In this document: positions 55,813 through 64,000 of the stretch, one piece after another
Layout of the letters: each line of letters begins with the position of its first letter
How positions within the stretch are numbered: position 1 is the stretch's first letter
DNA from: Octopus vulgaris
Lineage: Eukaryota
Length of the DNA: 64,000 nucleotides
Direction of reading: 5' to 3'
Assembly (NCBI GenBank): GCA_951406725.2
Contig: OX597838.1
Span: 29,450,001 to 29,514,000 of the forward strand
The notes under the pieces: model-generated
Database searches by the model: none
Told to the model about the DNA's origin: nothing
What the model saw: the letters and a program-made list of their open reading frames with translations, nothing else
Translations under genes and position numbers: made by a program

Positions 55813-56189
55813 ACTTCCTTTCTCTCATGATGCATACATGCTAATGAAGGGGTCGCTACATTTTTTTCTCGAAATAGCAGCCAAACCCTCCTCAAATTGC
55901 ACTGAATCATCCTGAAAAGGGAAAGGCACGTTGGATGATGTAACCATAGATAGACAATGCCCCCCAAAGAGGAGGAGAATGGATTGTCATATCAAAAACC
56001 CCTATGATCATAGGTTTGCAGGACCAGAGTTAATCTCAGGGTTAAACAACAGACTATCCTTCTGATACGCAAATACAAAGGAGTGCTGAAAAGTTCCTAG
56101 GGAAGCACTATGAGCCCTTATTTTTCTCAGGGCTTTTGAAACATGTGGTAGGATTACAAGAGATTATCCTCAAACCAAGCTTGAATGGT

Positions 56190-57345
56190 AGCAACAGGGT
56201 ACCCAAGGACCAGCTGGTGTTGTTTGCTTGTAACAGGGTGGACCCTGCTAAAGGTAGCCAAGGACCAGGTGATGGTGTTTGCTAGCAAACAGGGTGGAGC
56301 CTGCTAAAGGTAGCCAAGGACCAGGTGGTGGTGTTTGCTAGCAAACAGGGTGGAGCCTGCTAAAGGTAGCCAAGGACCAGGTGATGGTGCTTGCTGGCAA
56401 ACAGGGTGGACCCTGCTAAAGGTAGCCAAGGACCAGGTGATGGTGTTTGCTTGCAACAGGGTGGAGCCTGCTAAAGGTAGCCAAGGACCAGGTGATGGTG
56501 TTTGCTAGCAAACAGGGTGGAGCCTGCTAAAGGTAGCCAAGGACCAGGTGATGGTGTTTGCTAGCAAACAGGGTGGACCCTGCTAAAGGTAGCCAAGGAC
56601 CAGGTGATGGTGTTTGCTAGCAAACAGGATGGAGCCTGCTAAGAGCAGTTAAGGACCAGCTGGTGGTGTTTGCTTACAAATAGGGTGGGCCTTGCTAAAG
56701 GTAGCCAAGCACCCAGTGATGGTGTTTGCTTGCAGACAGGGTGGACCCTGCTAAGAGCAGCCAAAGACCAAATGGTGGTATCTGCTTACAAATAGGGTCG
56801 ACCCTGCTAAAGGGAGCCAAGGACCCAGTGATGGTGTTTGCTTGCAAACAGGGTGGACCCTGCTAAATGTACTCAGAGACCAGCTGGTGTTGGTGTTTTC
56901 TAGCAACAGAGTGGACGCTACTAAACACACTCAAGGACCAGGTTGTAGTGACGTTTGCTTGCTACAGAGTGGACTCTGCTAAAGAGTACCCAGGGACCAG
57001 GTGTGGCGTTTGCTTGTAACAGAGTGGATTCTGTTAAAGGCATCCGAGGACTAGATTGTGATGGTATTTGCTTGGTAAGGCGGCGAGTTGGTAGAAACGT
57101 TAGCACGCTGGGAGAAATGCGTAGCCGTATTTCGTCTGCCGTTACGTGTTCTGAGTTCAAATTCCGCCGAGGTCGACTTTGCCTTTCATCCTTTCGGGGT
57201 CGATAAATTAAGTACCAGTTACGCACTGGGGTCGATATAATCGACATAATCCGTTTGTCTGTCCTTGTTTGTCCCCTCTGTGTGTAGCCCCTTGTGGGTA
57301 GTAAAGAAATAGGTATTTGCTTGCAACAGAGTGGACTCTGGTGGT
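56190..57345. repeat. 56-bp minisatellite, about 16 units, homogeneous centre and decayed edges, interrupted by a SINE
   Basis: Unit is AACAGGGTGGAGCCTGCTAAAGGTAGCCAAGGACCAGGTGATGGTGTTTGCTAGCA (for example 56288 to 56343). Confidence 0.9.
57078..57310 (+). mobile_element. SINE family A monomer inserted in the 56-bp array
   Basis: Full head and tail; GGTATTTGCTTG on both flanks. Confidence 0.88.
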
Positions 57346-58400
57346 GTTAAACCACACAATCGACTTAACCAACCACCCAAGAAATCAGAAACACTAAGGG
57401 TCAGGTCAGGATACCAAACACCTCAAAGCTACCCATCCAACAAAACCACCCAAGAATGGATACTTTCACTTTCTCAGCACTGGAAGGAAGGATGAAAGTG
57501 CAAAGTTAACTCCAGCGGGATTTAAATTCAGAATAGAGAGAGAGAGAGCCAGAACGAACACCACAAGGTACTGTATCCAATGCTTGAATAGTTATGCTAG
57601 TTTGCTGCCTAGATGAGTAGAATTTTGCAGAGACACATGGCAATACTCACAGCCCAATCCTCTACGTTCAGGGATCAAATGGCACCAACGTCATCTATCT
57701 CTGCAGAGGAATTGGAGCTGGAGACCTTTAAGGATGGTATTTTGATAGTACTTTGCAGTACTTTAGTTAGAAATGCTCACACCAAGATCCGGTTTCAGCT
57801 AATGCCATCACCATCACCACCACCACCACCACCACCACCACCACCACCACCACCACCAACACCAATCCCGCCGCTCTTACCATAATGAACAAAGAACAGC
57901 ACCACCATGACTACTCCTACCACCACAACTGATCTTACTGCCACCACCACTACCACCACCACCACCACAATAAAACACTAACTACTCTTACAACTCCTCC
58001 CCCTGCCCAACCAACATTATCACTCCCCACACACACACTTTTTTACAACTACCACCACCACCACCACCACCACCACCCTCATGATGCTACCACTGTAACC
58101 ACCAACAGACACCACCACCACCATTACCACCGCCTTTACGAACGCCATCACCACCATTACCACCACTATCACCACCACCACCACCACCACCACCACTACC
58201 ACCATCACCACCACCGCCACCACTATCACCACCATCACCACCACACCCAAAAAACAACGTCCTTAATAAAGAAATCAAGCCTTCCAACCACTTGAACAAT
58301 TTGTTACAGCAAATCCGGATGACCCTTGTGACGTCATCGCCACGGATTTTTTGTTTTTGTTTTTTGTTTTTTTGTTTTGTCGTTAATATTTTCATGTATG

Positions 58401-58435
<35 letters not shown>

Positions 58436-59637
58436 ATTTATGACAAGTCACCAGTTGTTGAGATAATAATTACCAAACTGAATCACCAGTGTATCTCGTG
58501 TCAAAACCATTGACGGTAGAGGCAGTCGGACATTGCCATTACCATCGCCATCATCATCATCATCGTCGTCAATGTCGACATCATCATCATCATCGTCATC
58601 ACCATAACCACCACCACCACTACCACCATCCCCTTCTTCCTCTTCCTCATCATCCCCATCAACATCATCATCATCATCGCCATCATCATCATCGTCATCG
58701 TCGTCGTCAATGTCGACATCATCATCATCATCGTCATCACCATAACCACCACCAACACCGCCACCACCACCACCATCATCAACAACAACATGCTATAACG
58801 ATAATCGCCATCGTCGACGTCATCATCGTTATATCACCATCATCATCATCATCATCGTCATCAGCATCCCACATTTTGATTTTCCGTGTTACGCTACCAC
58901 CACCACCACCACAACCACTACCACCACCACCACCACCACACACTTTTATGAGCACTGTTAGACGGAAACTGAAAGAAGCCCGTCATATATACATATCCGC
59001 GTGTGTGTGTGTTTGTGTTTGTCACCCACTGCCGCTTGACAACCGGTGTCGGTGTGTTTGCATCCCCGTAACTTAGCGATTAAGAACCAAGCTTTAGAAG
59101 AAAATAGGTGCTGGGCGTCGTCCATTCAATTGGCGAAGAATTCTTCGAGATGGTGCCCCAGAATGGCCGCTGTCTAATGACTGAAACAAGTAAAAGATAT
59201 GTATGTGTGTGTGTATGTATGTATGTATGTATGTATGTATGAGTGTATAGTGTGTATACAAATATAAGCACATTGACATGCACACACCACACACATTCCT
59301 GTACACAACGACACACACAGAAGGTCCCACCATCGCACTACACGCACACATATACACACGCACGCACACAGATAAACACGCATTCACACACGCACTTAGA
59401 CACACACACACACACTCACAAACACACACAACCTATAGACGTCTCCCATACACAAAACACACACAAACACACGCACACACTTACACGTGTGCATTTTCTT
59501 CATACAACACACACACACACTCACAATAACACACAGACATTCACACCCAAAATACCTCGGTATTTATTACGGCTGTTAAAATACCTGATAGTAACAACAG
59601 AAATAATCGAAATTTTCATACACCTCCCCTTCCTCCT

Positions 59638-59679
<42 letters not shown>

Positions 59680-60125
59680 CTCTTGTAACTCTTCCTCTCT
59701 CCCCTCAGACCCTTTTCGCTTTCTCTCCCTCTTATTTACTTTCTATCCTTCCTTTTCTCTTTCGTTAAGTATGTCTCGTGCGTACGTGTGTAGTGTGTGT
59801 TGTGTGTTTGTCATTTCGTTTCCTTTTGTTTTCGTTCATCGTCTGATTTTGCAATGGCCTCCTTACGAGAGGAAAGAGAGGGGGGGAAAAAGAGGAAAGA
59901 AAAGAGAGGAAGAGAGAGAGAGAAGGAAAGGGGAGAGGAGAAGAAAGAGGGAGAAGAGAGAAAAGATAGAGAGAGAGCGAGCGAGGAAAGTGAGCGAGAG
60001 AAAATGAATGAAAGGAAAAAAAAAGATGAATTGAGCGAAGGAGATGCCAAGTTACAAAGTGAAAGAGGTGAGACAGAAGTGGGAAAGAGAGGTAAAAGAA
60101 AAATAGAGTAGAAAAGAGAGGAGGG

Positions 60126-60130
<5 letters not shown>

Positions 60131-60218
<88 letters not shown>

Positions 60219-60272
60219 TGTAGGTAGATAGATAGGTAGGTAGGTAGGTAGGTAGGTAGGTAGGTAGGTAGG

Positions 60273-60317
<45 letters not shown>

Positions 60318-60338
60318 TGGTAGGTAGGTCGGTAGATA
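60131..60338. repeat. (GATA)n/(GGTA)n microsatellite
   Basis: Directly visible. Confidence 0.97.
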
Positions 60339-60428
60339 AATTTAGAGGGGTGCTTTAAAACACTTTAATATTTATGAGTAATGCCCACACACAGGCAAAT
60401 ACATATGTACAAACATACATATGCATTT

Positions 60429-60481
<53 letters not shown>

Positions 60482-60633
60482 GTAGTCATCGTTTCAAACC
60501 ATCAGCCCCACCACCACCACCACCGCCACCACCTTCTTCACAGTCACTTTATTAGTAATAAAAAAAGAAGGAAGGTGACAAGTAAGTAAAGATCAAACAA
60601 AACAACCCTAAATGTACATATATGGAAACGTGT

Positions 60634-60678
<45 letters not shown>

Positions 60679-60802
60679 ATTACCCCTCAGCACTTATAGA
60701 CACAGATATACAGACGCAGGACACACATATATACACACAATACAGTATATACTAAAAAAGGTAGACACAAACAACATGCACACACACAGAGGCAGGCATG
60801 GG

Positions 60803-60844
<42 letters not shown>

Positions 60845-61703
60845 TAAGAAGTTTTGCTTCCTAACCACATAGTCCCGGGTTCAATCCCACTACTTGGCAA
60901 GTCTGGCAAATGCTTTCTACTAGAACCTCGGACTGACCAAGGTCTTGTGAGTGGATTTAGTGGACGGAAGCTCATCGTGTGTGTGTGTGTGTGTGTTTAA
61001 AAGAAGAAGAAAATGGAGATTGCGAAGTTAATCATTGTTTATTATTAACAGCAAATTGGTCATCTTCACTTACAGCCGTTTCTATTATTACTCTATAAAC
61101 ATTAAACTTATTAGGATGAGGACGATGACCGCACAGGGATGGAAACGAAATTGGAATTTAAAATCCTTTCATATTTTAGCCCAAGGCCAGCAATTTTTAG
61201 AGTTGCTGAAGTCGATTACTTCGATCCCAGTGCTCAGCTGGTAGTTATTTTATCGACCCCGCAACGATGAAAGGCAAAGTCGAGTGCTAACAATTCTGCC
61301 AACTGGAAGCCTTAATTGGAATTACAATCAACAGCGAATTTCTCAGTTATTTTCAGTTAGCAGACGATATAGTTATCGTGTCCGGAGACCCGACCGAACT
61401 TTTTAACCACCGTATTAAATGGCAAATTAGACGCACGTTATTCTCTTAAAAAATGTCTCAAAGAAAAAAAGAATGAAAAAAAAGGCCACCTGGGTCTTAT
61501 ATTTAAAGTTTCAAATTTTGACACAAGGACAGCAATTTCAGGAGACGGGTTAAGTCGATTACATAGACACTCAACTGGTTCTTGTTTTATCGACCTCGAA
61601 AGTATAAAAGGCAAAGTCGACCGGAGCGGAATTTGAACTCAAGCATTTTGCCCGGCGTGCTAACGATTCTGCCAACTCACCACCTTGGACTAACTATAAA
61701 GGT

Positions 61704-62201
61704 AAAGAACCCCTTCGGTCATCAATGACCATGGGATTGCACCTAGATAGTTCTCTTCCGAGGCTCAAGACCGGGTAAGGTTGTTTATGGGAGGCCAGTA
61801 GTCACCCATGCATACCAGCCTCCCCTCTTCATGCCACTTGTTATCCAAGGGAAAGGCAAAGGGGCCGATGCACCTTGGCACCAGTGATGTCACAACTCAT
61901 TTTCTGCAGCTGAGTGAACTGGAGCAACGTGAAATAAAGAGTCTTGCTCAAGAACACAACACACAGCCCAGTCTGGGAATCAAACTCACAAAGAACCCCT
62001 TTTATTAAGAATGACCATGAGATTACACCTAGGAAGTTACCATCCGAGGCACAAGTCTGGGTAAGGTTGTTTGTGGAAGACCAGCAGTTGCCTATGCATA
62101 CCAGCCTCTCCTCTCCAGGCCACCAGTGTTATCCAAGGGAAAGGCAAAGGGGCCAATACAGCATGGCACCAGTGATGTCACAACTCATTTTCTACAGCTG
62201 A
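61704..62201 (-). mobile_element. Second copy of the family E dimer, 5'-truncated
   Basis: Same monomer junction and private variants as 53984-54604. Confidence 0.78.
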
Positions 62202-62419
62202 GAATCTTCTTGTCTTATATATATATTCATTCATTTACTTATTTATAGTGAGATTAAAATCCTTATGCAGCTGAAAGATATATGATTGTTCTGTGATGAA
62301 ATCATAGCGGAAAATGAGAAATAAGACCATCTAAAAGAACAATGGAATTTTACCAAAAGCCATATTTCAGAGAGCAACAACAACAACCACAACAATATCT
62401 TATCGAAGCCACAATGACA

Positions 62420-62880
62420 CTACACATCCAAGGAATATACAATTAAACAACTGAAGAACGAGACAAACCTCCAAGACAAGACAACATCACAGCAACCGAC
62501 ATCTTAAAAGAAGCGGGAGAAACTGCGGTAAAGAAAGATCTTTGCCGAAATCTTCACGGGCTGCCTGGAGCAATGCAGGAATTCCTAAAGACTTGGAACG
62601 ATGCACAAGTCATTCTTAGACGTAAAAGAAAGCGAGATAGAAGTAGAAGAGACCCAATAAGTTCTTGGTGCCACAGACCAAATATCCTCAAAGATCAAAG
62701 CGTAAAGAGTTGTTAAAGGATTTTTTGAAAGAAAACCAACCACGCGAAGAGGTAAAATTTTCAGGCGATGTTTTTTTTTCTTTTTGTTTTTTTTTTCCTC
62801 CACCATCAACGATTTACATGCCAGAACGAACTAAGCGAAAAATCGAGAGAGAATAATAGCATCCATCATATGCAACAGAA
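62420..62880 (+). pseudogene. Heavily decayed RTE-clade LINE reverse transcriptase fragment
   Basis: Piecewise translation gives IKQLKN..QDNITATDILKEAGETAVK..AEIFTGCLEQCR/IPKTWNDAQVIL..LKENQPREEVKFSG, recalling RTE KAPG.D.I...IP..W..A..I..HKKG...LDENQPREQAGFR. Confidence 0.6.
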
Positions 62881-63174
62881 AGAATCTGGTAACGCGTCAG
62901 TAACTACGAAGAATATTCGAATTGATTCGATCAACGGAACGGCCCACTTACTCGTCGTGAAATTAACATGAAAAGTGGCCGAGAGCTCCATAGACACGCG
63001 TACTCTCAACGTAGTTCTCAGGAAGATTCAGTGTAACACAGAATGTGACGAGGATAGCCCTTTGAATCACGGGTACAACTCATTTTTGCCTAACAAAAAA
63101 GCAAACAGTTTGGACCCATGCATTTCAATGACGTTAAACAGTTACCATTATTCAAAGATATAAAAACCAGCTTC

Positions 63175-63689
63175 GGATCTTTTCCTTTTGAACAGCAGAT
63201 GTCAACACAATTTCTAGTTAATTGGCAATTTTAACCAATCGATTACCTCCATTCAACTAAAATCATTTGCTGCATCTAAAACTGAGACAACATCCTGTAA
63301 CTAACCCTAAACCTCCCCCCTAACCCTAACCCTAATTTTTTTTTTCTTAATTGTTAAATTAATTTAATTCCATTTCTTTAGTTTTTTTTACACACGTAAC
63401 AATTAAATTAATTTAGCAATTAAGAAAAAAAATTAGGGTTAGGGGGGAGGTTTAGGGTTAGTTACAGGATGTTGTCTCAGTTTTAGACGCAGCAAATGAT
63501 TTTAGCTCAAAAGAGAGCATAGGATTGGTTAAAATTCGAAAAATTAAACTACGTTAAACAAACAAATTACAATTTTCTCAAGAAAGCCAAGAGAAAAAAA
63601 TGTTTTATTTTGACACATTCTACCAGTATACGAAGTTTTAAAGTGTTTAGTTAACTAGAAATTGTCTGCCGTTCAAAAGGAAAAGATCC
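63175..63689. mobile_element. Merlin-like non-autonomous DNA transposon with internal foldback arms
   Basis: TIR GGATCTTTTCCTTTTGAAC(A/G)GCAGA matches at 24 of 25 positions. The 8-bp TSD CCAGCTTC is at 63167-63174 and 63690-63697. Inner inverted arms span about 63227-63368 and 63401-63537. Confidence 0.85.
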
Positions 63690-63879
63690 CCAGCTTCCAC
63701 TCTTCATGCATACATACATACATACATACATTTACGTACGTATGTCATCACCATTATCACCATCAGCAGCATCCTTTAACGTCCATTTCCCATGTTACCA
63801 TGGGTTGTATGGAATATATGTATGTAATCAGGGGTGGACAGAACAGTCGGTCAATCGGACACTGCCCGAGGGCCCGGAG

Positions 63880-64000
63880 CTCTGAGGCAGAATCGTTAGC
63901 ACGCCGGGCGAAATGCTAAGCGGTATTTCATCTGCCGCTACTTTCTGAGTTCAAATTCCGCCGAGGTCGACTTTGCCTTTCATCCTTTCGGGGTCGATTA
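63880..64000 (+). mobile_element. SINE family A, truncated by the window end
   Basis: GGCAGAATCGTTAGCACGCCGGGCGAAATGC...GAGTTCAAATTCCGCCGAGGTCGAC. Confidence 0.85.

Noticed and set aside
57078-57170. tRNA genes at SINE heads
   Set aside because: A and B boxes are present, but the cloverleaf is incomplete and the sequence continues into SINE bodies.

Overview
Repeat-saturated eukaryotic DNA, most likely an octopus or other cephalopod (inferred from the SINE repertoire and the extreme (TA)n/(TAA)n/(CA)n load). Only one host gene is supported: the last two coding exons of an atypical Rho GTPase on the minus strand (24165-24107 and 21760-21314), with RhoU/V-type exon structure, DTPGQ in place of DTAGQ, and a CTKCGCQIV C-terminus. 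Its P-loop exon is not visible, so most of 24166-64000 is probably intron. The rest is mobile DNA. It includes a near-intact R4/Dong-type RLE LINE abutting a (TAA)n tract (1-2470), RTE, Penelope and maT relics, and a decayed Ulp1-like protease. There are also about five SINE families, Tc1/pogo/piggyBac/Merlin-type MITEs, two non-autonomous Helitrons and several minisatellites. The most notable observations are: SINE multimers with an identical junction at independent loci, one bounded by a single TSD; three different hammerhead-ribozyme-like folds in TA-embedded Penelope-type fragments; a Merlin-like foldback element carrying TTAGGG repeats; and a Helitron whose empty site is shown by neighbouring tandem copies. 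Almost all listed ORFs are microsatellite artefacts. All family names come from manual motif recognition, not database searches.
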